A DNA stretch of 24,000 nt from Candidatus Borrarchaeum weybense (lineage in GTDB: Archaea; Asgardarchaeota; Sifarchaeia; Borrarchaeales; Borrarchaeaceae): assembly GCA_019057385.1 (NCBI GenBank), contig JAHQJS010000004.1, positions 340,535 to 364,534 on the forward strand. Reading direction: 5' to 3'. The notes under the pieces were generated by a model, which was not told the origin of the DNA, did not search any database, and saw nothing but the letters and a program-made list of their open reading frames with translations. The position numbers and the translations under genes were made by a program. The first letter of the stretch is position 1; the number at the start of each line of letters is the position of its first letter. This document shows positions 15,071 through 24,000 of the stretch, piece after piece.

Positions 15071-16558
15071 TTAAACCGACTTTTGTCTTTCAAGTTTCAT
15101 ACTTAATGTGCTTCCACACGTTGGACACTTGAATTTCTCGGGCCCTACCCAATCTACGCTTTCCTCGCTCAAAGGCGCACCACATTCTGAACAGGTAGTG
15201 GGAACGGTCTTTATTAGTACTACTTCTTCTTTCTTCTCGATGATTCTCTCCTTAATGATCATTCCAGTTGGTTTGGAATTATTCCCTCCCGAAACTGCAG
15301 CTGCAGCTGTAACTGGATCTACGATATCCATATACGCTCTACCAATCTCAATAGTAAGAAGTTCGCTGTAAATAGCAAATTTTTGAGATTTAAAGATTTT
15401 CGGGGCATTAAAAAGAATCTCAGTGGGATTCAAAGAATATAATCCACCAATTGTTGGTGTAACTTTAAAATCAACAGCTCTATACGTTCCAGGACGAATT
15501 CTTTCTATTTGCTTCCCATTACCATTTCCCACTTCAAACTCAGATGGGAAATCTGTTTTGACCTCAATATTAGTAACTTCGAAATCAGATTTATTACGGA
15601 TATCTACCGAAATAAGCCCTTCATGGTCAATATATAACGCCTTAGCTTCTCTTTCTATCTCAATGTTAGGTAAGACGAACACTGGCGTGAGATTGACATC
15701 TGTAGATGTTGGTTGAAAGTTCCCTGCAGTTATTGTTGCTTGTGCACGTATCGCAAATACACCAACATCACCTGAAGGCAGCTCTAAATCTATCTGTTTA
15801 CTTTCATCTTTCTTTAATGCAACTGAAATGTCTTCATTCAAAACAGGAAAGTGTAATTTAAACTCAGTAGGTAATTTTGCTGTAATAGTCAAAGTAAGTG
15901 GGATCTTATTTCCAACTCTAATTGCTTCAACAGTTTCAACATTTATACTTGGTAATACCCTGAGAATGGGAATTCCCATTCTGTTACAAACCGGGCAACC
16001 AGTGTTCACCAAATTTCTGTTACATAATACTGGATGGGCTCCAGCTTGAACCAGTTTCTTCTTGTTCAGTTGATTGAAGACGTCAGCCAGGGTATCTTCA
16101 ACGATTTTTGGCTTTGATTTTGCAGATTCCCACCCACAAGCTACACACATCACTTTATAATCAGGAGCATCTGAGTCAAAGACGCCTCCTTTTTGAAATT
16201 GCGTAAGAACCAGTTGCTTACCACATTGGGGACACAAGGAGTTTAATATAGACTGACATTTAGCATTAGGTGGCGCTGATTGGAATCCTATTCCACAGGA
16301 CGGACAGAATGAAATTTTTTTCGATGCACAGTGTTTGCAAAACACGCCGTGTTCAGGACAGTAAAAGTTAGCGAATTTACCGCAGTGTACGCAAATATAA
16401 TTAGCTAATTTTTCTTTTTTCTTACCTTCTTCTATAAGCAGCATTGAAGCCCTTGTTGTTGGAGTTGGTTTAGAGAGAGAAAATAGTGGTGAACCACAAA
16501 AAGTACAGAATCTTAGACCTTCTCTTAGTGTTCTTCTGCATCTAGGACATGCCGGCAA
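15071..16558 (-). CDS. Multi-zinc-ribbon protein with beta-sandwich (CARDB/Ig-like) midsection, 495 aa
   Basis: N-terminal CPRCRRTLREGLRFCTFCG; B-box-like CVHCGKFANFYCPEHGVFCKHCASKKISFCPSCG; further CPQCG..CVACGW; beta-rich IPLTLTITAKLPTEF...VALKKDESKQIDLELPSGDVG; C-terminal CSECGAPL...FKCPTCGSTL. Confidence 0.7.
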   Translation of the reverse strand: MPACPRCRRTLREGLRFCTFCGSPLFSLSKPTPTTRASMLLIEEGKKKEKLANYICVHCGKFANFYCPEHGVFCKHCASKKISFCPSCGIGFQSAPPNAKCQSILNSLCPQCGKQLVLTQFQKGGVFDSDAPDYKVMCVACGWESAKSKPKIVEDTLADVFNQLNKKKLVQAGAHPVLCNRNLVNTGCPVCNRMGIPILRVLPSINVETVEAIRVGNKIPLTLTITAKLPTEFKLHFPVLNEDISVALKKDESKQIDLELPSGDVGVFAIRAQATITAGNFQPTSTDVNLTPVFVLPNIEIEREAKALYIDHEGLISVDIRNKSDFEVTNIEVKTDFPSEFEVGNGNGKQIERIRPGTYRAVDFKVTPTIGGLYSLNPTEILFNAPKIFKSQKFAIYSELLTIEIGRAYMDIVDPVTAAAAVSGGNNSKPTGMIIKERIIEKKEEVVLIKTVPTTCSECGAPLSEESVDWVGPEKFKCPTCGSTLSMKLERQKSV

Positions 16559-16973
16559 TATTCTAGTCCTCCAGCTTTTGTTAGTACCACTATTGTAGTA
16601 CTACGTATAAACTGACTACCCGGTAGTATTTAAGATTTTTGAGAAAATTCTCCGCACTTTAATTTTAATTATCTCAATCTAGCGAAAAACATGTCCCGGT
16701 GAATATGTAGAATGTAACATCTATTACCAAGGATTTTATTGTACTTCACTTAATTTGCGGCAAATAACTTAATGTTAGATTGCTTAACTGTCGAAACTAT
16801 ACCGATTTATTGACAGATGCGCTTTCGTCTTCAGAACTATCTAGTCAATTAGCTCGAAAAAATCTTTTCCAAAATTTTAGATGTTTATGTCGGACGCAAC
16901 ATTTCTATAGGAGTTATTCAACTCTTAAAATTAGAACTACTATAAAATCAAATATAAAAGAAATTTTGGAGAT

Positions 16974-19946
16974 TTGACAAAAATGGGAGTTTCATCGTAC
17001 TTTTCAGGAAGAAAAATAATTGTCTACGTTATGACGGCGTTTGTCGCATGGTTTGCTTGGCTGGATAATATTATTGACTACTTATATTTCCTAGGTATCT
17101 ACGCAGATACATGGCCTTACTACGATGTCTTCACTTTTCCCGACTTCGCATATAATGTCACGCTTGCACTACCGCTCATCGTCTTTGTAATGACGCTGTT
17201 ACCAGAAGCTGAAAAATGGAAAAATATTTTGCGTACCATGGGTATCATTGTATTAATTACTGCGCTGCTAATGTTAGTATCAACAATAAATTTTGTTTTT
17301 TACAGACCTTTCATTACGGCTGTTGTTTTAATTGTCATTGCAGGGATATTCACACTTCTTAATTATCCGCTTAAGGATAAGACCTTTTGGGGACATGAAC
17401 CTTGGCAGTGGGCAGTTAATTGGTTCGCGTGTGGAGTTTTTTTTGCATTAATTGGCTTTCTGTTACCTCCAGCTGTATTTACTGGGTCTCTTGAATATCC
17501 AGTTCTTATAGGACCTTATGTCTGGGCTCTAGTGTTCGCTGTTGGCGGTATACTAGCACTAATTCTCGGTTTCATCATGCCGGTTGAAACCGGGCTTGTT
17601 GAAGGTTTAATTGTTGGTGTGTTTGGTGCGATAGGTACACTCGCTGGTTTGTGGTTATTCTTCTGGGACACGGAAGTTATACCCCCCGACGGATGGTACA
17701 TTCAAATCTTAGTTCTATTCATAGTTGCTGGATTTGCTGGCGGGTTTTTCAACCAGTTTAACTTCACAAAATATATCATGAATTCGTTTCAAGACTTTAT
17801 CAAGATGAAACTAGTGTTAGCTCTATGGATCGTTGCGTTACTTGGAGCTCTCGTAGCGTATTTTGCAATCGCCATCTATTTCCCAAGTGGCGTTCAAAAC
17901 ATTGTTTTACGACAGGTGCTGATATTTCTCGTTCCGTCACTCATTGTAACACCCATAGCATTTCGTAGCGCCCATTTCTGGCAAGGGCTGCTCATTGGTA
18001 TCACTACGAGCCTTTCATATTTCAGTGCAATCATTCAAGGCGATCCATCTCTTGAGATCATCGGACTTATCGGTTTTCCATTTGTTCCGTTAATTCGCTA
18101 TTCACCTCCAGAGATATCTATCTATATAGTCAATGGTTTGCTACTGGTGTTAGCAGCTCTATGGGGTGGCCTTTGGGGTTCAGTTGGAAACTACTTTACA
18201 ATGGCATATACAGAGATTCCTAAGGAAGGAGATATCGCAAAGAGATTCCGAACAGCATATCTATTTCGTGACCTATGGTCAAACTACTTCATTCACGGAA
18301 AGAACAAAGAAAACGAATTTGAGAAAGCTGAACAATTCAAGTTAGATTTGGATTCGCTGGATCAAGTGTTAGACCTTGATCTAAAACAGACTGACTTACC
18401 AAGATTCGGTGAATACGTTTCTTTTCGCTACATGGACAGAAGTAAGCACTGGGAGACGGTTCCAAAGCCTTTGAAATCGATAGGCGTCCAGCCGATTAAG
18501 GGTTCAGAAAAAGCAAGAGTTGAATACAATAATAAGCACATCGGAGACTTTTATGATCCAAAGGTACTAGCTGACAAATATTCCCCAGTATGGAGTCCAA
18601 TGAATCTAGTATTTCAGCGTACGTTAGTTACCGCGATGCGTCCAATCATTTATGTGCTGTTGGCTGTCACATTGGTACTTGTAGGCTATAGTATCTACGT
18701 TAATTTCACAATAATTGGCGGTGGAATCGAATTTCTAGGACTTGCAGTTACCCAGATAGTTGTTCTTATCTTCTTGTTCTTCTTTATGTTCAAGTGGTAC
18801 GGCTTATTCGAACAAACAGTAAACGAGCGACCAGAAGCTTCATCTAGCTTCTTAATCGTAGCTTTAATCATTGTCGTAATCATGCTGTACATAACCTACA
18901 CGGTTAACAGTCTGGGGACGTTCATTGTTACAGGAGCTAACGAAGATCTGATCCGATTCGAAACTAACGGCCTATATATAATGCTTCTCATAAACTTCAT
19001 CTTAGGCATAGGATCTGTTCAAGTGCTTGGCTCAGAAAACATGAACCTCTATTGGTATGATAAGAGACCCGAAGCTTTTCCAATGCAATCTCAGGAAGAT
19101 GCGCCTGTCTGGCTTAAGGGGGACCAGTATTGGGTCTTTAGAAACCTCTTTTGGTGGCCCTTTGAGCTTACCGTTGGCAGTAAAGGATTGGAGCACGAGG
19201 ACTGGGAAAGGATCGAGTTGTGGGTCAATGCGAATACGGGGAAGCCAGAGTGGATCATCTCAGATTATCATTGGCGCGAACTTTGGTACAGGGTACCAGA
19301 ACTGGATGAAGAAATAATGATTAAGGTCACGTTTGCAACGAACTTCCACACCCCCATACCTTCGGTTCTCCGTAAGGCTACATATGACGCATTTGTAGCT
19401 CAATTCGAGGGTGCGGGAGCAGCGAGTGCGGTAATTAAATATGCAATTGGTGCAGCGAAATCAGGTATCGGTCGAGCGTTTGACTCAATTGGCTCTTCTT
19501 TAGGATTAAAGACTAAGGGCGAAAAGGAAAGAGAAGCAAAAACCACTGATGGAATGAAGGCTCGTACAAAAGTGCTTGGGAAATATTTTGTCGACGTTGG
19601 AGGTCCAGCTAAAGGGATCTGTGGAAAACAAATGGCAGCAACAGACTTTAACTTCTTTAGATATCCTTACGGATGTGCAAGTACTAAGAATGTTGGAACC
19701 GGCAGTGCAATTGATATTAAATACTTTTATAGGGAAAAAGATTTCGTTCCACCAATAAAAGAACCTGGGACGGGATTTAACCTAAAAGCAGAGAAAAAGG
19801 ATGGACTAGGGTTTAAAATATCAGTAGATGAGACAGCACCACAACTATGCATGGATTGTGGAGAACCATACAACGTACTTGAAACTGTAATTTGCCCGGC
19901 TTGTGGCGCAAACAATGAAGCGGCGTATAGAATGCCAATCGAATAA
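16974..19946 (+). CDS. Large polytopic membrane protein with soluble C-terminal region ending in a zinc ribbon, 990 aa
   Basis: Numerous hydrophobic segments in aa ~15-420 and ~560-690, then a soluble domain and terminal LCMDCGEPYNVLETVICPACGANNEAAYRMP. Family not recognised. Confidence 0.8.
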   Translation: MTKMGVSSYFSGRKIIVYVMTAFVAWFAWLDNIIDYLYFLGIYADTWPYYDVFTFPDFAYNVTLALPLIVFVMTLLPEAEKWKNILRTMGIIVLITALLMLVSTINFVFYRPFITAVVLIVIAGIFTLLNYPLKDKTFWGHEPWQWAVNWFACGVFFALIGFLLPPAVFTGSLEYPVLIGPYVWALVFAVGGILALILGFIMPVETGLVEGLIVGVFGAIGTLAGLWLFFWDTEVIPPDGWYIQILVLFIVAGFAGGFFNQFNFTKYIMNSFQDFIKMKLVLALWIVALLGALVAYFAIAIYFPSGVQNIVLRQVLIFLVPSLIVTPIAFRSAHFWQGLLIGITTSLSYFSAIIQGDPSLEIIGLIGFPFVPLIRYSPPEISIYIVNGLLLVLAALWGGLWGSVGNYFTMAYTEIPKEGDIAKRFRTAYLFRDLWSNYFIHGKNKENEFEKAEQFKLDLDSLDQVLDLDLKQTDLPRFGEYVSFRYMDRSKHWETVPKPLKSIGVQPIKGSEKARVEYNNKHIGDFYDPKVLADKYSPVWSPMNLVFQRTLVTAMRPIIYVLLAVTLVLVGYSIYVNFTIIGGGIEFLGLAVTQIVVLIFLFFFMFKWYGLFEQTVNERPEASSSFLIVALIIVVIMLYITYTVNSLGTFIVTGANEDLIRFETNGLYIMLLINFILGIGSVQVLGSENMNLYWYDKRPEAFPMQSQEDAPVWLKGDQYWVFRNLFWWPFELTVGSKGLEHEDWERIELWVNANTGKPEWIISDYHWRELWYRVPELDEEIMIKVTFATNFHTPIPSVLRKATYDAFVAQFEGAGAASAVIKYAIGAAKSGIGRAFDSIGSSLGLKTKGEKEREAKTTDGMKARTKVLGKYFVDVGGPAKGICGKQMAATDFNFFRYPYGCASTKNVGTGSAIDIKYFYREKDFVPPIKEPGTGFNLKAEKKDGLGFKISVDETAPQLCMDCGEPYNVLETVICPACGANNEAAYRMPIE

Positions 19947-20004
19947 AAGACTTTTTTTGTCTACTCTTTTTTTTTATTTTAAAAGAAAAGATGAAGGTTA
20001 AGAA

Positions 20005-20775
20005 ATGACTCAATTGCCTTGGATTATAGCTCACCGAGGAGCGTCAGGTTATTATCCAGAAAATACTCTTCCTTCTTTCTTAGGAGCAGTTGAATTGGGT
20101 GCAACTTGTGTTGAAATGGATATTCAGCCAACAGCAGATAAAAAATTGGTCGTTTTCCACGACAAGACAATGGAACGTATTGTTGGTGTTCCAAAAAAGA
20201 TCACTGACCTATTATGGCAAGAAGTCATCCAATACGATGTAGGACGTTGGAAAGCCCCAAAGTGGGAAGGAACAAAGATCCCGCTTTTTAAGGAAGTCTT
20301 GGAAAAACTTCCACGATCTATGAAATTGAATTTAGAGCTCAAATATTATTCTCCGAAGGATGATTGGTTTGAAGGATCAGTTCTTGAAGTTGCCTTGGAA
20401 TATGATCTTCCCAGTAGAGGATATCTCGCTATCAAACATGTTGAAACCATTTCATTCGTGAAAAAACGGGCACCTGACTGTCCTTTGGGCCTATTACAGA
20501 AAGGAAGAACTCCAAAAGAAACATTTGATCTTTGTTGTAAGTGGGACCTTCCATTTGTTCAAATTAGAAGAACAGCGTTAACTAGTGAATGGATTGATCG
20601 CTTTCATGAACAGGGGATCAGAGTTAATTTCTTTTACTCGGATGACCCCGAGGAAATGAAGCATCTTTTGAAAGATCTCAAAATTGACGGAATTCTAACG
20701 AATTATCCGGACAGGGCAGTACAAGTGTTCCAAGAACTTGGCTTGCCCCTTACAAAATACAAAGATTTCTCTTAG
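20005..20775 (+). CDS. Glycerophosphodiester phosphodiesterase (GDPD family)
   Basis: IIAHRGASGYYPENTLPSFLGAVELGATCVEMDIQPTADKKLVVFHDKTMERI ... LNLELKY ... GILTNYPDRA. Confidence 0.93.
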   Translation: MTQLPWIIAHRGASGYYPENTLPSFLGAVELGATCVEMDIQPTADKKLVVFHDKTMERIVGVPKKITDLLWQEVIQYDVGRWKAPKWEGTKIPLFKEVLEKLPRSMKLNLELKYYSPKDDWFEGSVLEVALEYDLPSRGYLAIKHVETISFVKKRAPDCPLGLLQKGRTPKETFDLCCKWDLPFVQIRRTALTSEWIDRFHEQGIRVNFFYSDDPEEMKHLLKDLKIDGILTNYPDRAVQVFQELGLPLTKYKDFS

Positions 20776-20899
20776 TGTTATACTTCTTTATAATCCCTTC
20801 TGATTAATTCATCATTTTCAGCTTTGAGATCATAAGCTCAATTAGTCATTAATTAGAAAATCTAAAAATCTTTAAGATGAATATGAACACAATTAAATT

Positions 20900-22279
20900 A
20901 TGGAAAAAATACTTGCCTGCATTGATGGGGAACATTACTTGCCTGTCACGAAAGCAGCGATAGAAAAGTTAAATAATTTGCCAGATCAAGAAGTTGTTGC
21001 TGCGTTATTTCTAGGCGGCACCGAAAAAATTGGAGATCTTAATGAAATTGAGCAATATCTGAACTTACCCATTTATTTTCTTGACAAAAAGAGTAATTTC
21101 GAGGCAGTTTTACACAAAATAATAAAGCAGCGCAAGATCAGTTCTGTCTTCGATCTTAGTGGTGAACCCGTAGTGACTTCTCTAGATCGAATGGATTTTG
21201 CGTGCGCCGCTTTATTTGAAGGATGTAGTTATAAAGGCGCAGACTTTCAATTCATCCCCATTGACTTTATAGAGGCTAGAAAACCTGTAATAAGTGTTAT
21301 TGGTACAGGAAAACGAGTTGGGAAAACAGCTGTTGCAGGTTACATCGCACGTGTTATCAAAGAAACGAAATGGACACCTTGCATACTTACTATGGGCAGA
21401 GGAGGTCCAGAAACTCCTGAATTAATCCGAGGCGACCAATTAATTGTCAACGCGGAATCTCTTCTTAAAGTTGCGCGACAGGGCAAACACGCAGCCAGTG
21501 ATTATTGGGAAGATGCTCTAACTAGTAGAGTTATAACGATAGGTTGCAGAAGATGTGCAGGAGGGTTAGCAGGGGCACCCTTCCTGGATAATGTAGAAGA
21601 AGGAGTCAGAACCGCTGAAAAATTAACTATCGATTTAATCATTGCCGAAGGTAGCGGACCAAGTATTCCTCCGGTGATGGCGCAGTCCTTTATTATTGTA
21701 ATCGGTGCACAACAACCTCTTTCTAACGTTAAAGATGTTTTGAATCCCTATAGGATAAAACTTTCCGAACTTGCGATTATAACAAATTGCGAAACTCCCC
21801 TTGCGACTGATGATAAGATTCAAGAAATCTGCACCACTATAAAAGAGATAAATCCAAAGATTAAGATATGTTGTACAACTTTTCGTCCTAAAGTTTTAGG
21901 TGATATACAGAATAAAACTGTGTTTTATGCAACAACAATGCCTATTGAAATGATGAAAACTGTAGTTAACTATTTAGAGCAAAATTACAATTGTAATATA
22001 TTAGGAACAAGTGTGCATCTCTCAGATCGCGCAAAATTGAAGGAAGATCTTAAGAAATTAACTCACGCGGATGTCCTTGTGACTGAATTAAAGGCTTCAG
22101 CTGTTGATGTAGCGACTAAGACTGCGTTTCAGATGGGAAAGCCAACTATCTATTGTGATAATGAACTCCAGATAGTGGAGTATGCTGACGGAGAAATAAA
22201 CTCAATTCAAGAGCTTGATTCGTATCTTATTGAGATCACAAAAAGGATTGTAAAAGGAGGGTCAACTACCCCACCCTAA
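20900..22279 (+). CDS. cpgS: Cyclic 2,3-diphosphoglycerate synthetase
   Basis: ISVIGTGKRVGKTAVAGYIARVIKE P-loop, TMGRGGPETPELIRGDQLIVNAESLLKVARQGKHAASDYWEDALTSRVITIGCRRCAGGLAGAPFLDNVEEGV, IIAEGSGPSIPPV; adjacent to 2-phosphoglycerate kinase. Confidence 0.88.
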   Translation: MEKILACIDGEHYLPVTKAAIEKLNNLPDQEVVAALFLGGTEKIGDLNEIEQYLNLPIYFLDKKSNFEAVLHKIIKQRKISSVFDLSGEPVVTSLDRMDFACAALFEGCSYKGADFQFIPIDFIEARKPVISVIGTGKRVGKTAVAGYIARVIKETKWTPCILTMGRGGPETPELIRGDQLIVNAESLLKVARQGKHAASDYWEDALTSRVITIGCRRCAGGLAGAPFLDNVEEGVRTAEKLTIDLIIAEGSGPSIPPVMAQSFIIVIGAQQPLSNVKDVLNPYRIKLSELAIITNCETPLATDDKIQEICTTIKEINPKIKICCTTFRPKVLGDIQNKTVFYATTMPIEMMKTVVNYLEQNYNCNILGTSVHLSDRAKLKEDLKKLTHADVLVTELKASAVDVATKTAFQMGKPTIYCDNELQIVEYADGEINSIQELDSYLIEITKRIVKGGSTTPP

Positions 22280-22289
22280 AGGGGCGGGG
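22269..22289 (+). repeat. GC-rich imperfect hairpin overlapping the cpgS stop codon
   Basis: CCCC-A-CCC-TAAA-GGG-GC-GGGG: seven G-C pairs, 1x2 internal loop, TAAA tetraloop that includes the cpgS stop. Confidence 0.6.
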
Positions 22290-22316
22290 GCTTTCAGAGA
22301 CAGGAGAGGCGAAGTA

Positions 22317-23234
22317 ATGGGAGTCAAACACATAACGATTAAAGCAGATAATTATGATTATCCCTACAGTAGGGGTTTGTTAGCAACACGCATGATGGTA
22401 ACTGGTCTCGACTTAGTTGATGCGTACAAAACAGCTGAAGCAATAGCTTTAGAACTGGAACTGCAGGATATCTGGGAACTTACAGAAGCCAAACTTAATG
22501 ATCTCGTCAGTGATATTCTCGAAAAAGAGGGCAAAATACTTCATGCTACTCGATATCGTAATTTTCTCAAATTTAAGAGTAGGCATGAACCTCTGATTAT
22601 TCTGATTAGCGGTGCTACAGGCATCGGTAAATCTACTATTGCACTGAATTTAGCGGCTCGATTAGCTATTAGTCACATAGTAGGAACTGATACTATCAGA
22701 GAAGTCATGCGTAAAGTATTATCTTCAGAATTAGTCCCTTCATTACATTCTTCCTCGTATGCTGCTCACAAATCTATGAAAGAATATGTAAGTCCAATTT
22801 ACAATAAAGTGATTATAGGCTTCGAGGAACAGGCGAGACTTGTCGTTTCTGGAATTGAAGCTGTGATTGCTCGTGCGTTGACAGAAGGAATAAGCATAAT
22901 TGTTGATGGCGTCCATATATTGCCCTCAATCATGGATCCAAAACTGCTCAAATCACCAAATATTATACCAGTGTTTCTTCATCTTTCAAACGCGGAGGAT
23001 CATATGATGAGATTCCACGAGCGTGCGAAAACGAAGGTAATGAGAAAACCACTTGAGGATTATTTAGAAAATTTTGATGGCATCCGAATAATACAGGACC
23101 ATCTTTTAGAGCAGGCAAGATTACATGGTATCCCGTTAATCGAAAACATGCTAATCGAAACTACCATTAGAAAGATTTTGGATATAGTTTTTGAACGCAT
23201 TGAAAAGCTTATAACAACACCATTAAAAACCTGA
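22317..23234 (+). CDS. pgk2: 2-phosphoglycerate kinase with N-terminal ATP-cone-like region
   Basis: SRGLLATRMMVTGLDLVDAYKTAEAIALELE, then LIILISGATGIGKSTIALNLAARLAISHIVGTDTIREVMRKVLS, GIEAVIARALTEGISIIVDGVHILP, HERAKTKVMRKPLEDYLENFDGIRIIQDHLLEQARLHGIPLIEN. Confidence 0.9.
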   Translation: MGVKHITIKADNYDYPYSRGLLATRMMVTGLDLVDAYKTAEAIALELELQDIWELTEAKLNDLVSDILEKEGKILHATRYRNFLKFKSRHEPLIILISGATGIGKSTIALNLAARLAISHIVGTDTIREVMRKVLSSELVPSLHSSSYAAHKSMKEYVSPIYNKVIIGFEEQARLVVSGIEAVIARALTEGISIIVDGVHILPSIMDPKLLKSPNIIPVFLHLSNAEDHMMRFHERAKTKVMRKPLEDYLENFDGIRIIQDHLLEQARLHGIPLIENMLIETTIRKILDIVFERIEKLITTPLKT

Positions 23235-23265
23235 AGAACATCTCAAACGCAAAGAGGGAACAACT

Positions 23266-24000
23266 TTGGCAAGATTTGTCATTATGTCTGACTCCCACAT
23301 CACGGAAGGTCAAGAGTTTAACAAAGATATTTTCAAAATGGGGGTAGACTTAATCTGTTCTATTAAAGCCGATTTTTATTTTCATTTAGGAGATATAGTC
23401 GAATCAGGAACACTTGCAGACTATAAATTAGCTGAAGAACTCCTCCTACCGATAAAAAACAGACTTATTTTCATTCCTGGAAATCATGATGCCAGAAATG
23501 TAGGAGATCGCTTATACGGGGAATTTTATGGAGACAGGGAATTTGAGATGGAAACAAAAATCGATGGGACAAAGTTTTATATCACTGGATTAGACAGTTC
23601 AATTCCGGATCAGAATAGTGGACGCGTTGGACGTCGATCTCGGCATACTCTTTCTAAAAGATTGGATCAACTAGATGACGATTTAATCAAAGTAGTTGTG
23701 TTTCATCATCATTTACTCCCAATTCCCAATACTGGAAGGGAACGTTCTACTATCGATGATGCAGGAGATATGTTAAAAGTTTTGCTGGATTACGATGTGG
23801 ATATAGTGATAAATGGTCATCGCCACATTTCTAACGTTTATAAGATAACTGACGGTAGCCATGAACTGATTGTAATCAACAATGGAACCTTTTCTGCTAA
23901 TAAAACACGATATCGTGAACTTCATTCCTTCTCGATTATAAACGTCATTCCTGAGGAAGTAACAACAAGCAGAATTCAAATCTATACGAATAAAGAAAAG
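23266..24000 (+). CDS. Calcineurin-like metallophosphoesterase, partial (runs off window end)
   Basis: TTG start with upstream agaggga; translation LARFVIMSDSHITEG...FYFHLGDIVESG...IFIPGNHDARN...VVFHHHLLP...DIVINGHRHISNVYK: the DxH / GDxxE / GNHD / H / GHxH motif set. Confidence 0.9.
   Translation, partial: MARFVIMSDSHITEGQEFNKDIFKMGVDLICSIKADFYFHLGDIVESGTLADYKLAEELLLPIKNRLIFIPGNHDARNVGDRLYGEFYGDREFEMETKIDGTKFYITGLDSSIPDQNSGRVGRRSRHTLSKRLDQLDDDLIKVVVFHHHLLPIPNTGRERSTIDDAGDMLKVLLDYDVDIVINGHRHISNVYKITDGSHELIVINNGTFSANKTRYRELHSFSIINVIPEEVTTSRIQIYTNKEK

Noticed and set aside
12454-16049. Plus-strand ORFs opposite the SPFH/EAP30/zinc-ribbon operon
   Set aside because: Low-complexity Ser/Ile-rich shadow ORFs without motifs.
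16780-16977. 65-aa minus ORF in the divergent promoter region
   Set aside because: No motifs or convincing start context, and located where promoters for both flanking genes are expected.

Overview
The window is an archaeal, very probably Asgard, chromosome segment. This rests on an ESCRT-II/EAP30-like protein, archaeal/eukaryotic-type ribosomal proteins, aIF6, prefoldin and PDCD5. It falls into three parts. (A) Positions ~1-8750 look like an accessory island. The standout is a 1336-aa minus-strand protein (1231..5241) joining a complete Ski2/Hel308-like SF2 helicase, a winged-helix region, two Cys4 zinc-binding modules and a C-terminal domain matching Cas1 in motif order and spacing (LRGLEG...E, RTPFSAALNAVYRHLNFYCRKAL, ILHF, VVDFREMF). 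Downstream on the same strand is a Cas7/RAMP-like protein (75..884). Both genes carry the same CTATATAAA (TTTATATAG) TATA element. The island also has a TPR array fused to a PD-(D/E)XK nuclease domain and a degenerate HhH-GPD (MutY/Nth-like) glycosylase ORF. It abuts an ftsY gene broken after ~37 codons. (B) Positions 8748-11903 are the conserved archaeal cluster ftsY(fragment)-pfdA-rpl18a/LX-aif6-rpl31e-rpl39e-PDCD5-rps19e, with aif6 inverted and a 51-aa L39e missed by the ORF track. (C) Positions 12288-19946 hold a zinc-ribbon SPFH protein, an EAP30 (Vps22/36)-like protein, a zinc-ribbon/beta-sandwich protein and a divergent multi-TM zinc-ribbon protein. These are followed by glycerophosphodiesterase, cyclic 2,3-diphosphoglycerate synthetase, 2-phosphoglycerate kinase and a truncated metallophosphoesterase. 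The best candidate for a previously undescribed system is the helicase-Cas1 fusion with the Cas7-like protein. All family calls come from reading motifs, not from database searches.
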